This document shows, piece by piece, positions 1 to 13,930 of a stretch of 64,000 nt of DNA. The stretch is from Eledone cirrhosa (Eukaryota). The position numbers were made by a program, and so were the translations under genes. The notes under the pieces are model-generated. The model was not told the origin of the DNA and ran no database searches. It saw only the letters and a program-made list of their open reading frames with translations. The DNA lies in NCBI GenBank assembly GCA_964016885.1, contig OZ024740.1:229462001-229526000 (forward strand), given 5' to 3'. Every line of letters starts with the position of its first letter. Position 1 is the stretch's first letter.

Positions 1-9
1 AATAGAGTC

Positions 10-153
10 ATACTTTTAATTCAAGGGGACGGCTGTGTCACTCTGAATCTTCCTGAGAACTATATTAAGGCTGTGCGTGTCCGTGACATGATCAGCCACT
101 TTACCCATTTCAACAATGGGAACTCTTGACGTCGTAACCGACGGAGATCCGAC
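10..153 (+). mobile_element. 3' part of SINE family B
   Basis: Shares CTGAGAAxTAxxTTAA and CGTAACCGACGGAGATCCGAC motifs with copies at 57191-57485, 61950-62790 and 62860-63085. Confidence 0.6.
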
Positions 154-244
154 AGCACAATAAGTGTCATTCACATTCTTATTCCTTCTTCTGTTATGAT
201 CTAGTTTGTTATTGTTGTAGTTGTCGTTGTCATTGTTGTTTTCG

Positions 245-286
<42 letters not shown>

Positions 287-1069
287 CGCGTATGATTTGA
301 AAGCTGACATTCACTGCACGCACAACTAATATCTTCAATTGTATTTATTTCTCAGGTTTGGGTGGATTTAAACCAACCCACCCACCCAGCGTTCGACCGG
401 GGGTCTTTTTAACGACAGAGGTGATGGTAGGGCGTCTGTTTCGGGTAGGGCAAAATGTTTGTAGATAAGTGTTCAAACAAGTAGTTGTCTTTATGATTTA
501 ATGCTAGGAACAGGTTCAGTTCATCAATGTCAACGTTGTAAATCAGCTTCACCTTCACGCTGTTTGGGGAAGATCACACGCACGGTTGCATTCACCAGCA
601 ACCCTGCTGCGGTTCTCTTCCGTGCTATCAGAAACCTCCACCACTGACATCTCTATTAGGGGGCGTAAACTTAGTGAAAGGAAGTGTGATATTCTACAAT
701 TGCTGGCAGTGTACAGGACACGTGGGTGGGTCCAACAATAGGATCAATAGAAGAATTATGTTAACTTCCAAAGACCAAATAAAATAGTGGGTGGTTGCTC
801 CATTGTTTATTGCTTGAGAGTTATAGGCTGTCAACTGTTTTTCATTGTAAAATTTTTCACTATATTCCCATATGGCCATTTAGATAATGTTGATCATTTT
901 TCTTGGCCTTTCATTACCCAAATTTCTAATGAAAAAACGCTGCTTATGATTTGGAAGGATTTAGTCATTTAAGTAATCAAGCAAATAGGACCATCAAATA
1001 CCTAGATCTGAATGTAGATACACCTAGAACAAATGCAATGTAATCACTGAATGTCCCTACATGTAAATA

Positions 1070-1168
1070 ATTGTTTCTACTTTAGGCACAAGGCCAGCAA
1101 TTACCCAGTACATTACTGGTACTTTATTTTATCAACCCCGTAAGGATGAAAGGCAAAGTTAACCTCGG
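1070..1168 (-). mobile_element. 5'-truncated tRNA-derived SINE family A
   Basis: Reverse complement of the 3' half of the full copy at 7647-7838. Confidence 0.85.
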
Positions 1169-1499
1169 TAAATAATACACTCCGAAAACAAAGCTAGTAA
1201 TAATCAAAACACCCAGTTGATAAGACCATCGAATTCCTATTACTAATACACTCATTAAAACAAAGCCAATTGCAAGCTAGCTTTCTCGTTATTTAGTTAA
1301 CTTTAAACAAGGCTCCGATATAAAATTATGATGGCAGGTTTTTAGATAAATATAAACACTTTTTAAAAAATGGCCCTCTATCATAAAGGCGTTGCTCATA
1401 ACCTGAATGACTCTAGCCTGTATTTGGAGGACGGATTAGTGATAATGAAGGAATAATGGTCGGATATTTAAGTATCAACAACAACATAGAATTGATAAA

Positions 1500-1668
1500 T
1501 GTGTCCGAACATGGAAGAGCCGAACTCCCACTTCAACCGACTCCATCTCTCTCGCCCTCCCCATCTCTCACTATTATGAACAAATGGAATTCCACATACT
1601 GGCCGCCCCACGGTCCCGGCGAACAGAATGGAGAAGGCGTTTCCCCAGAGGATGGTAAGGGAGATGAG
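1500..1668 (-). mobile_element. CRE-clade non-LTR retrotransposon 3' end
   Basis: Minus strand translates ISLTILWGNAFSILFAG (RLE C-terminal motif QRxSxAIxRGNA), then the same 3'UTR as 4965-5107 and 45960-46097. Confidence 0.7.
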
Positions 1669-2215
1669 CTAGAAGAGTCATTCAATCTCGCCTGTATTTT
1701 GTATTCTGATTTGGACAAGGCAGCAGCGGGTTGGTCAGTTTAAAAGAAACGGAGTGGAAAATAAAACCCCGAGAGATCAGTAACACAGCAACAGAGTATG
1801 AAACCTTACCCTAAAAAGTCAGAGGACACTAAAACATGAATGAATGAAAGAAAGAAAGCAATAGTCGATATGGCCAGCGTTAAAAAAAATAAACTACAAC
1901 TACAACAACAAAACCCCAGCACTCCCACTACATCAACAACACCGCCACAGGAAAAATACACGATCATATTACTAGCAATCACCACACAATAAGCAACACT
2001 TACACAAGAGAACGAGCCACTCATTGGAGAATTTTCCTCTAACAAACCAACCTGGAACGGGACTTATCGCCTATTCCCCCACCCGCCACCAAAGAAAGAA
2101 AAAAGCCCACAAAATTAATTAGAATTTCACCAAATTTCAAAATGGCGAAAGCTAATGACCCTGCTTTCCTGATGATTTCCACCGAATGAACCCAGGATAA
2201 ACATCTCCCTCTCTG

Positions 2216-2315
<100 letters not shown>

Positions 2316-2368
2316 AATATAAATAAATGAAGACATTCACATAATCAAAATATATGTTTTATTATATA

Positions 2369-2880
2369 CTAACAGTGGTACCCGGCGTTGCACGGGACAA
2401 GATATTGTGAAATATATAACCGCCTTAGCTAAGCTTAGTATTGACACAACCACGGCTGGCAAAGAAGTAAGGGTCTGGTGGTACGTAAGTAAGCAGCACT
2501 GTGGCTGAAAACGTGAGGAAGAAGTTGTGTGCACTTACTAACTGTTTAGGGAATGAGTGTGAGATTTGTCTTGAGTAAGGGTGGCGGAATAACCTGAGGC
2601 AGCAGACAGCCAGACATACAGACAGATATTATAAGGGCGCGACGTTATATGTATGTATCTATCTAAAATGAGAAAGACTAAGAATTATAGAGAGAGATCG
2701 CTAAATCGCCTAATGCGGTCCCTAGGGCATTGAAAATTTGAAATTGTTTTTGCTCAGAACACTCCCTCAAATATAAGTATTACATGTGTAAAGTTTGAAA
2801 ACAGTCGGTTGGGTGCTTCTCTAGTTTTAGGGATTCAAACTCACACTCACACACACAGAGACAGACATCCTCAGTTATAT
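2369..2880 (-). mobile_element. Non-autonomous Helitron
   Basis: Minus-strand 3' end CCCGTGCAACGCCGGG hairpin followed by TTAG; body homologous to 21165-21410 and 21896-22030; sits in a TA run. Confidence 0.7.
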
Positions 2881-2980
2881 ATATATATTTCGAAGGTACT
2901 GTGTTGTTTTTTCATTACGTCCTCGTCAGATAAAATACATGAATTGATGACCGTTGAGGTATGTCATACATCAATTCATG

Positions 2981-3045
2981 TATTTTATCTGACGAGGACG
3001 TACTGAAAAAACAACACAGTACCTTCGAAATATATATAATAAAAC
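2981..3045 (+). ncRNA. Minimal type-I hammerhead ribozyme
   Basis: TTTTAT-CTGACGA-stem II (GTACTG/CAGTAC)-GAAA-TATATA-TA-ATAAAA; palindromic stem III typical of Penelope-associated hammerheads. Confidence 0.7.
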
Positions 3046-3188
3046 ATATATTTTGATTATGTGAATGTCTTCATTTATTAATATTCTGAATAATATTAAT
3101 AACTCCAGAAAACTTTTTTGTAGAGTGCTTTTAATCTATTGTAAAACTATATTCATTGAGTAATCAATGAACCATATTAATCTTTGGT

Positions 3189-3220
<32 letters not shown>

Positions 3221-3368
3221 AACATGTGTACAGTTTTTAATTTGTCAAGCTATATAACGTATGTTATTACTCTAAGGTGACACAACCTTATCGAGTGCTT
3301 TGCTGCACATTCCTAATTGTATATCGTTAGCTTGGCCACAGCCAAAACTTCGATTTTACTAAACTTCA

Positions 3369-3828
<460 letters not shown>

Positions 3829-3849
3829 TTTTTCCCTTCCACCCACATA

Positions 3850-5107
3850 CCGTTGAGCCTAGCACCTAGACCGGTGACAACCAGCCACTTGCGCTTCATA
3901 CCGCTTAGTGCTCCAGTCCCCGGCTCCACGCCCTACCCTCCATCCCCACTAGTCGACACCTGCAACACTTGCAGCACCGCGAACAGGCGGAAGAGGGGCC
4001 GGAACTGTTCGGAGTGTGGCTATTTCCACCACCTTACTTGTGTTGGCTTGACGCGTCGAGCCTCCAGTGCCCTCGCAGCGTGGAGATGCTGCAACTGTCT
4101 CTTCCCCTCGTCTGCTCAGCCGCAGCCCTCTGCCACACCACCAGTGAGACAGCGAATTTGTCTGATGCTCAAGACTCGCTGATGAACATCGCTCGGCTCA
4201 GGTGGCTTCGGAAGATTCCGCTCAAGATCCTGAGAGCAGCCCGTGTGCCGGTAGTCGATGCCCTCACTTCCTCAGTCGAGAGAGCCCTGGACTCTAATCG
4301 AGCCAGCAACTGGGGGCGTCTTTTTTATTTCGCCCCACTCGCCCTCGGCATCCTCAACTCTGGCGCTGACCGAGGTGGCTTGTCGACAGCTGCTTTTGTC
4401 TAGGCCAATGTTTTGTCCTTTCGGCAAGCGCCCATCCTAAGTGTGCCCAAGGACACCACACCCTCTACTCTCGGGTGTCTTCAATCCTCCACTCCTGAGG
4501 CCAGCGCAAAGCGTTTACACGGTAGCGTAAACGCTAAACTAATCGATGGTGATGTCAGAGTGATTGCCTCGGAGGACACTGTCCTCCAACCCACCGAGGA
4601 GGTCCTTACTGCCCTGCGGCTCAAGCACCCTGAGCCGCCCAACGACCTCAAACACATACCCCCACCTGATCCTCACTTGCTCTTTGTGGCTTCCGATGCA
4701 GACATCATATCTGTCATCAAGTCCTTCCCAGCCAGCAGCAGCGGAGGAACTGATGGCCTCCGACCTCGCCAGCTCAAGGAGTTGTTATCCCCACTCTCCG
4801 CTGAGGCCGAGCGCCGCTCTCTGAGTGCAGTTGTGACACTCACTAATAGGTTTATCCATGGCGCCCTGGACCTTCACGCCCGAGGCCTCTTATTTTCCAC
4901 CAGTCTGACCGCTCACGAGCAGACTGGTCATGATTGACGCCCACCCAACCCTCTTCCTGTTCACAGGGGCCGTGGGGTGGCCAGCACGTGGGACCCCATT
5001 TGCTCATATTAATTAGAGATGGGGAGGGCGAGAGAGATGGATGTTATGACAGTGGGAGTTCAGCTCTTCAGTGTCCGGACCTGGTGTACAACATCAGTTA
5101 TCCATAC
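3850..5107 (+). mobile_element. Internally deleted, frameshifted CRE-clade non-LTR retrotransposon with N-terminal PHD finger
   Basis: C4HC3 motif CNTC..CSEC..HLTC..WRCCNC (3961-4098); LRLKHP..SFPASSSGGTDGLRPRQLKELL is the RT N-terminal region; joined directly to the 3'UTR shared with other CRE ends. Confidence 0.75.
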
Positions 5108-5719
5108 ATTCTCTACTGATAATAGCGTCAGTTAACCGTACATTTGCAGTAAAAATTATCTTTAGATTATGTTTTTATATATATATATATATATATATAT
5201 CAAGCTGAGTCACATAAACACAAATACATAATATATTAAAGAAAGAAGTTAAAAGATAAAATCTATTCGCTTTCTCATTATTTAGCTAACTTTAAAAAAG
5301 GCTCCGATTTCAAATTATGATGGGAAGCTTTTCGATAAATATAAATTTTTTTTTTGAAAAAAAGGCTTTGTTTCATAGCAACAGAAGATTTAGTATAAAT
5401 CAGGGGATTTAGTATAAAAAATGTTAAATGTTAGTTCCCTCATGTCATCACTGTATAGTTACATACTATAAAGTTAGTTCGGCTGGCTATCATTAGACAT
5501 CTAAATAGACTATCATTAGGAAAGTTTGCTTGTTATGATATGAACACGCAACTTCTGATGGAGACGTCGGCGTGTCAGGCACATTGTAAACCTGGAGAGA
5601 CAATCCCTCTCCATGTCGGAACACATCTAATTTCTTGTGGCCCCTGATCACTTGTCCATGATAAATAGTACATTTCTCACTGAGGAAAGATTTAATATTC
5701 ACAGCCAGTTGACCCCCAT

Positions 5720-5850
5720 TTCCTGGTGAATATGAAATCTATGCTTGGTAAATTAGATGACCAGTTCGCTAGTGTTGCAAATAGTTATGTCACTTGCATC
5801 TCTGAACTCCAAGAACATCGATCCTTGGAATATATCCACAGCTTACATGT
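5720..5850 (+). pseudogene. Possible APE-endonuclease N-terminal fragment of an RTE-like LINE
   Basis: VNMKSMLGKLDD..ISELQEHR resembles the NVxxL..LQEHR motif. Confidence 0.35.
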
Positions 5851-6071
5851 GCGTATATCAAAGTAGCTAACATGGCATTGCCCAACATGGCATTGCCCAA
5901 CATGTCCATTGAAGTCACCAACCTTCATAATGAAACTGCTCTCATTTGTTATGTTATCGTAGAAGACGACAAGGTGACGTCACAGAAACATACCATTTGC
6001 TTATATCAGTCCCTTTCATTCTAATTCTTGTATACTACACACATCTAGTCACATACATCTAATCTCTAGGA

Positions 6072-6285
6072 CAGTCATGGGCAACCTGCGACCCGCGAAG
6101 CTTTCTGATCATTTTTACGATCGAAGAAAACAACGTGTACGAATTCTGAATAAGCAAATTAAAACACCTTCAGTTACCACCTTTTGTTTTAATGTGGGCA
6201 CGAATGTAAATTAGAGCTTGCAGCCCACCTGGTGATGAGCCATATCTCATGCGGCCCACTTCTCGAAAAAGGTTGCCTATGCCTG
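6072..6285 (+). mobile_element. hAT-superfamily MITE
   Basis: TIR CAGTCATGGGCAACC / GGTTGCCTATGCCTG; perfect 8-bp TSD CTCTAGGA. Confidence 0.9.
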
Positions 6286-6327
6286 CTCTAGGATCTATCC
6301 AGACTTACCTTTCATTATGTTAATCTT

Positions 6328-6517
6328 GGTTGGTTGGCAGTATCAGTAGAGGGTCGGATGCCATGCTTTGACGCATAGAGTTACGCCCCTTTCCATTCTG
6401 AGTTCAAATCCCGCCGACGTTAACTTTGCCTTTCATCCTTACGGGGTCGGTCGATAAAATAAAGTACCAGTAATGCATTGGTTATTGCTGGCCTTGTGCC
6501 AAAAGTAGAAACAATTA
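6328..6517 (+). mobile_element. SINE family A
   Basis: A box TGGCAGTATCAG, B box GAGTTCAAATCCC; flanking direct repeat TTAYGTTAATCTTGGT. Confidence 0.85.
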
Positions 6518-6569
6518 CGTTAATCTTGGTGGTGGTATATAATCTGGAGGAAGTAAGAATTGCCCCAGT

Positions 6570-6700
6570 GCTGGACTGGTACGTTTTCCTTTATATCAAC
6601 TTAGAAAGGATAAAAGGCAAAGTTGAACTCAAATCGCAGAGAGTTGAAATGAATACCACAAGGCATTCTATCCGGTGTTCTAATGACTCTGCCAATTCAC
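6570..6700 (-). mobile_element. Diverged SINE family A relative
   Basis: GACTGGTAC..AAAGGCAAAGTTGA..CTGCCAATTCAC motifs. Confidence 0.6.
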
Positions 6701-7355
6701 TTAATAAGGAAGCTTACGTTTTCCTTATTTTAAGTGTACTGTTGTAATAGTTTAATATAGAGTACAGAGAAATGTTGAATAAAGGAGAGAGTTGATCAAA
6801 AGAAACAAACATCACAAACCTGGTATTTACAGGAGCTTTTGTTGGTGCCGTTTTTATAGCCCAGGCTAGCTCTGATTGATCCGTTGATACACTCCAGCCA
6901 TTCACATACTGTATTTTTCCGGACATAGTCTATCTAGGAGTACATTACCAACTGTGTTCTTTTTTTAAGACGGAAGGGTGTAATTTGGAAATGATTTGAC
7001 TGCTATTTTTAGCAAGACAAGCCACATTAGCTTATTTTACAGGAGTATTTGCAGACTGTGATATTGCTAATTCTTTTATTTAAATCCCGAATATAAAATG
7101 GATGAAAGGAAAAGTATAAGTCAATGTTTGTAAAACACTTGTTAAATCTGACATATTAATAGCATAAGCAACTTGATGAGTGTTTCATTGCAGTTATAGA
7201 TTATGTAATATTCCTGAGTATTGTTTGATTGTGATGAGTAAAACCTCTCTTTCACACTGTCTTTATATTCTGCCGAAAAAAACGCAATCGCACACCGACG
7301 CTGACGAACAGATACGTACGCATAAACACAAATGCATACAAAACCACAATTACAT

Positions 7356-7394
<39 letters not shown>

Positions 7395-7559
7395 TATAAT
7401 AGATAGTAACAGGCATACTCACACCGTTTTCTATCTAAAGGGTCTTCAAGAGAGGTATATAAAGACTTGGGCCACAAGTATATCAATAGATCCACTTTTT
7501 GCTTGACACCTCAGTGCAAATAATTTAAATAATAACTATTTCCAAGGCTGAATCGATCT

Positions 7560-7838
7560 CTACAGGGTCGATAAAATAAAGTACCTGTAATGCATTGGGT
7601 AATTACTGGCCTTGTGCCAAAAGTAGAAACAATTATTATCATTGTAAGGGCGGTGGATTGGCAGTATCGGTAGAGGATGGACGCGCATGCTTTCGAGCAT
7701 AGTTACGTCCCTTTACGATCTGAGTTCAAATCCCGCCGAGGTTGACTTTGCCTTTCATCCTTACGGGGTCGATAAAATAAAGTACCAGTCATGCACTGGT
7801 TAATTGCTGGCCTTGTGCCTAAAGTAGAAACAATTATT
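7560..7838 (+). mobile_element. SINE family A: partial copy followed by a full copy (7647-7838)
   Basis: Pol III A and B boxes, conserved body GGGGTCGATAAAATAAAGTACCAG, AATT/ATT tail. Confidence 0.9.
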
Positions 7839-7892
7839 TAATAGAATAGCGATTGATTGGTAGAATCGGTAGAGCATTGGACAACATGCAAT

Positions 7893-8726
7893 ATGTTAGC
7901 AATTTTGGGAGAGGAGAAATTGCTATGATATTGCTCCCGGTTTTCTAACATTGGCACAATGTTAGCAATTTTGGGAAAAAGAAATTGCTATGATTTTGCT
8001 CCCGGTTTTGTAGCATTGGCACAATGTTAGCAATTTTGGGGGAGGAGAAATTGCTATGACATTGCTCGCGGTTTTGTAGCATTGGCACAATGTTAGCAAT
8101 TTTGGGGGAGGAGAAATTGTTATGATATTGCTCCCCGTTTTGTAGCATTGGCACAATGTTAGCAATTTTGGGGGAGGAGAAATTGCTATGATATTGCTCG
8201 CGGTTTTGTAGCATTGGCACAATGTTAGCAATTTTTGGGGAAGAGAAATTGCTATGATATTGCTCCCCGTTTTGTAGCATTGGCACAATGTTAGCAATTT
8301 TGGGGGAGGAGAAATTGCTATGATATTGCTCGCGGTTTTGTAGCATTGGCACAATGTTAGCAATTTTGGGGGAGGAGAAATTGCTATGACATTGCTCGCG
8401 GTTTTGTAGCATTGGCACAATGTTAGCAATTTTGGGGGAGGAGAAATTGTTATGACATTGCTCCCGGTTTTCTAGCATTGCCACAATGTTAGCAATTTGG
8501 GGGGAGGAGAAATTGCTATGATATTGCTCCCGGTTTTCTAGCATTGGCACAATGTTAGCAATTTGGGGGGAGGAGAAATTGCTATGATATTGCTCCCGGT
8601 TTTCTAGCATTGGCACAATGTTAGTAATTTTGGGGGAGGAGAAATTGCTATGATATTGCTCCCGGTTTTCTAGCATTGGCACAATGTTAGCAATTTTGGG
8701 GGAGGAGAAATTGCTATGACATTGCT
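7893..8726. repeat. 66-bp minisatellite, ~12-13 units
   Basis: Period 66 (GGAGGAGAAA at 8041 and 8107); each unit contains a TAGCAATTT..AAATTGCTA inverted repeat. Confidence 0.95.
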
Positions 8727-8739
8727 TCCGCTACTTTAC

Positions 8740-8880
8740 ATGTACTATATATTATCGACCTCGGAAGAATAAAAGGCAAGGTTGACTTTGGAGGGATTTG
8801 AACTCAGAATGTAAAGGGCCGTATCTATATGTCACAAAGCATGTTGTCCGATGCCTTAATGATTTTGCAAATTCTTCACC
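8740..8880 (-). mobile_element. Diverged SINE family A
   Basis: TTATCGACC..AAAGGCAAGGTTGAC..GATTTGAACTCAG. Confidence 0.75.
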
Positions 8881-9842
8881 CTTATCCGGCGCTCTACCAA
8901 TTAATAATAACGTTTGTATCTATTGAAGAAATGGTAAGAACTTACAAGATTCCAGGAATGTAATTAGAATTTAAGGAAACAGGAAAAGGGATATAACGAT
9001 TGGTTGAATAAGTGGGAGTAGATGAGTCTGTGATTGTTTTATATTTTATTTGTGTTTTATCTTAGGTTGTTTTGTTTGTTTATGATTTTATTGTCTTTGA
9101 TGGTGAATAGAAGGAATTGCGACTTTTGCCTCGTTAACACTGATGTTCGTAAATGGGTTTTAGGATGGAAAGAGGTGACAGAGAGGAGGCATCAAGTGCA
9201 GCATGTGGGAAGGGTGTGGTGGCGACAGAAAACAGTAAACGAGACAAGAGAGTGATGAGGAGGGGTGGGAAAGAGAATAAGAGAAGAGAAGAGAAGAGAG
9301 AGGAGAGAGAAAGAGAGTGGGAGAGCGGTAAAGAGAAGGATAAATTGATAGACAAAGCAAGTGAATTGACGGAGTATGCAGGGAATCTTAGTGACCCATG
9401 AAGCGTTGAGAGGGACAGGATGGTGTTGAGGTGCGGTAAAGATGTTAAATGTTTGATGTGGGGGAGTGGAGATGAAAGGGGGTAATCGGTGGGATGACAG
9501 GCGAAGAGAAGTTAGTAGTGGTTGTAGGTTGTAGAAGAGAGGTGGGCTGGTGTATGGGTGGATGGTGCGATGTGTTGATGGGAGGAGGAGTTGTAACGAT
9601 GAAAAGAGGAAGGCGAGGGTAGAAAAGAGAAATATGAAGCATTGAAAGTTGAGAGGTGAGAGCAAAGATAGGAAAGCTTCTCTAGGGAAGTTACTTGGAG
9701 ATCAAACAATAGCCTTGCGTTAAAGGATACCTTGTTGATTGTTTATTGATCACTGAGGGAATCAGTCCTTTTCCTGACGAAAAATACTGTAGCTGATTTC
9801 CAATCATATCAATTGTAGCGTCTATTCCTTTTGTGGAACAGA

Positions 9843-10336
<494 letters not shown>

Positions 10337-12860
10337 TAAGCAACCGTCTCCAACTGATCTGGCTGGATCCCCAAGCGAGACCAGCCAAGCTCATGGATGT
10401 TATCCAACCATCATGCTCGGCGCCTACCGCTGGGTTTCCTGCCAGTTTGTTTTGTCCGTAACATTTGTCTAGCGATTCTTTCATGAAACATTCTAACTAC
10501 ATGCCCATAGTATCGGAGCTCTCTAATCTCCGGGCAACGCTCTCTATCAAGTAACGTTACTCCATGGAGCCTTCGAAGAAACCTCATTTCGGCCGTTTGT
10601 ATTTGCAATTGTATTCTCTCGGTCATTACTCAAGATTCATCAACATAGGTAAGGGTTGGCACGAATACCGAATTGAAGATAGCGAATTTGACTTTTACAC
10701 CTACCTCCCTTCTTCTGACTACTGAATGCTGAAGCTGGTGCATTACTGCATCAGCTCTCTTGCAGTTCTTGCACTTATTTCAGCCACGTGTCTTCCAGTA
10801 CTCGTGAAAACGGTCCCGAGATACTTGAACTTGTCTACCTGCTTCAGTGGAACTCCATTCCCATGTAGGGTGCACTGACCAGGCTTCCTCGAGAGGACGA
10901 GTGGCTCGGTTTTTGCAGCACTGATTTTCATTCCAGTCATGCAGCATTCGGCATCAAACCTATCGAGTGCAAGTTGGAGATCAACTTCTGTCGAGTTAAG
11001 TAACATCATGTCATCTGCAAATACCAGCCGACTGATTTTACACTTGCCTGTCATGATACCACTTGCAGCCTAGCTTTGCATGTCAATCCTGTTCATGTAA
11101 ATAATGAACAAGAGAGGTAACAATACGCACCCTTGGTGGAGTATGACTCCCACATTGAATGGTTTCGATTTAGCACCTTTTCTCCGAAGTTGGGCATTCG
11201 TATAGAGATATCAGGGCAGCAAGAATCTGAGCATCGATCCCATACTCCAGCAGAACCTTCCACAGCAAATCCCTCTGTAAGTGGAATAATCCCTCTTGTC
11301 TCCCTTTTTTGAAAATTGGGATTATCACTCCCGATTGCCATTGCTTAGGTGCCTTTCCAGAGATCCAGGCCACCTAGCACACACGAATGAGCCAGAGAAT
11401 ACCTTCTCTATTTAAGGCTTTTAACATCTCGGACAGGAGATGAGCAAAGATGCACCTCTCTGAATAAAGGAGGGCCACAGACGCGTTCCTGATAGTAGGT
11501 GGAGTAGGGCTTCTTATTACGAAGTCGGCAGATGGTTTGCCAGAACACTTTATTCGCGTATTCCAGTTTAACCCCAAAGTCCTCCTACGTCTTAACTTTG
11601 GACGCCTTTACTGTCTCTGCTGTGATTTTTTGTGCCTGCTTGTACCGCAAGTGCAAGAATGAGGACTTATTTCCAAGCCAAGCTTTATAAGCCTCATTCT
11701 TTGCTCGGGTTGCCTCTTTGACCTCTTGATTGAACCAAGAAGTCCCCCTACCATCCGGCGCCACATCAAGCCTCTTTAGCCCGCAACATTGAACAGCTGA
11801 AGCAAAAACTGCTGAGCTGAACAATCTCCACTCTGTCTCAACATCCTCAGTTTGCTCAGGGAGTTCTCCAAATTTAGATGCAATAGTATCTGCATACCTG
11901 GACCTGATTTCCTTATCCACCAATGCTTCCCACTTTATTCTGTAGGTCGCCCTGGACCTGCCAGTTTTGTGGGCTTCTTTGGCTCAAGTTGCAGATAACT
12001 AGATGGTGATTAGTTGACAGCTCAGCCCCTCTCTTAACTCCTTATCCACCAATGCTTCCCACTTTATTCTGTAGGTCGCCCTGGAGCTCCCAGTTCTGTG
12101 GGCTTCTTTGGCTCAAGTTGCAAATAACTAGATGGAGATCTGTTGACAGCTCAGCCCCTCTCTTAACACGAACATCAGCACAGAATGAAAGATATCTGAG
12201 ACAATAACAAAATCAATGATTGATATCTGTCCCTGATTCCCCTTCTACCATGTATATTTGTGGATGTCTCTGTACTGGAAGAAGGTGTTTACAATAGAGA
12301 GTCCATTGCTAGAACAGAAGTCTAGCAAGGCCTCTCCATTCGTAGTTAGATCGGGGCCACCATTCCTTCCAATCACTCCTTTCCATGTCAGGTCGTCAGT
12401 GCAAACATGTGCATTGAAGCCTCCCATCGGGATATATGACTCAGTCATAACTACATCTAACGCTGCAGTGATTTCATCAAGGAAGGACCTGTATTCGGAC
12501 TCCTTGTTTGGTGCATAAATTTGCACCACCCACAGAGAGCTATCTTTCAGCCTAAGCTGCAAGAGGCAAATCCTCCCTCTTGACAGGACCAAATCCATAG
12601 CCCATTCTGACAGCCGGGGCTTGTGAGTATCCCCAACCGCGCCTGTGCTGTCATTGTTGGCGCCACACCTGAATAATGGAGTTTCTACCCTCCATCCAAA
12701 TCTACAGTATCACAGCCACGGAACTTTAGTAGTTTACTGCTGTTGGTCCGGGGTTGCTTATTCTCCCGGCAGTTGCCCGCTTATATCGCAACTAACCATC
12801 ATACCAGGTGGCCGTATCGCTATCCGCCACCTGCGATCCATTCTCTAGCAGAATAACTTT
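10337..12860 (-). mobile_element. Near-full-length decayed RTE-clade LINE (APE + RT)
   Basis: APE motifs QIYAP, GGFNAHV, NGLSIVNTFF..HKYTW; RT motifs IIPIFKKG, LVFADD, FKYLG, EMRFLRR; many frameshifts; ~128-bp internal tandem duplication at 11912-12167. Confidence 0.92.
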
Positions 12861-12959
12861 GCCGATAAAATAAAGAAAGTATTTTAAAATTAAAATAATA
12901 AACAGGAAGAAAAAGATTTTTAAAAAGTGGAGATTAGATTTTTAAAAAGGGAGGTAAGA

Positions 12960-13080
12960 AGGGACAAACTCTCCACGCGTGGACAAAATGGTGAAGTGAT
13001 GTCACGATGAACAGCCAGCGACACCCGCTACATCAGCCATTTCATCTCAAGTGTACTTTCCACAGGAAGGATGCGTACCT
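12960..13080 (-). mobile_element. Diverged CRE-clade 3' remnant
   Basis: Minus strand reads WLM*RVSLAV, similar to WLLQRVSLAI at 46440-46632. Confidence 0.45.
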
Positions 13081-13394
13081 TCTTTCTTTCCTTGCCTATT
13101 TCTCTTTGCTCTTTTCCTCCTTTTCTTCTCATTTAAAGACCTTTCTTTTACTTTCCTATATAGCCAGATCTGCCCTTTTTTTTTTACCCCTTTTCCCTTT
13201 CTTTCATTACTTAATTTCGTTATTATCTGTTTTCATCATTGTATAACTTCTTTCTCTAAAGTATAGTTGACATATGTTTATGTATAACAGAGAACAAAAT
13301 AAAATAAGAGATTTCCATTGAAAATAAAATATTAAAAAAATAATTTTTAGAAAGAGCCAGAAATTTGATTTCGACTAAGCCCATCTCAATATAC

Positions 13395-13510
13395 GACTGG
13401 TACTATATTTTATCGACCTTAGAAGGACAAAAAGTAAAGTTGGCTTCAGTGGCATTTGAATTGGAAGGCAAGGAATCGGAGTAAATACATAGATACTGCA
13501 AGGCGTTCCC
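13395..13510 (-). mobile_element. Diverged SINE family A relative
   Basis: GACTGGTAC..TTTTATCGACC..GCATTTGAA. Confidence 0.6.
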
Positions 13511-13930
13511 AGAATTAGCTTCTACTCCGATGTATTTAAATATTCTGTGATCGTTGTTGTTTCAGAGCCTTCCCACGCACCGTTTGACTCGGTTAACAAG
13601 CAGCACACTTCCGCAGCATTATATCCGCAGCTGTCGGAGTATTTTAGCGCGCATTCCGCTAAATTATTGTAATATTTTCTGTATTTTTCCTGGAGACCGG
13701 CACCGGTGCGGGAACCATATTTTGGTAAATACTTAGCTATCTTATATGCGTGAATGACTATCTTTAACTTCGCCGAGGAGGTTCAATTAGACCGAAATTC
13801 ACCCAAAGTTGATACCGTATTTACTAAATAAAAATCATACTATCATTTCTCTCATTGTCTCAAGTAATTTTAATTAATTTTTTTTCTGGTGGGTTGACTC
13901 GTTTCAGTGAATATATATATATATATATAT

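Noticed and set aside
7647-7740. tRNA gene
   Set aside because: A and B boxes are present but there is no cloverleaf; it is the head of a multi-copy SINE with TSDs.
7945-8682. 245-aa tandem-repeat protein
   Set aside because: Translation of a 66-bp minisatellite with no unique flanking coding sequence; an overlapping frame is also open.
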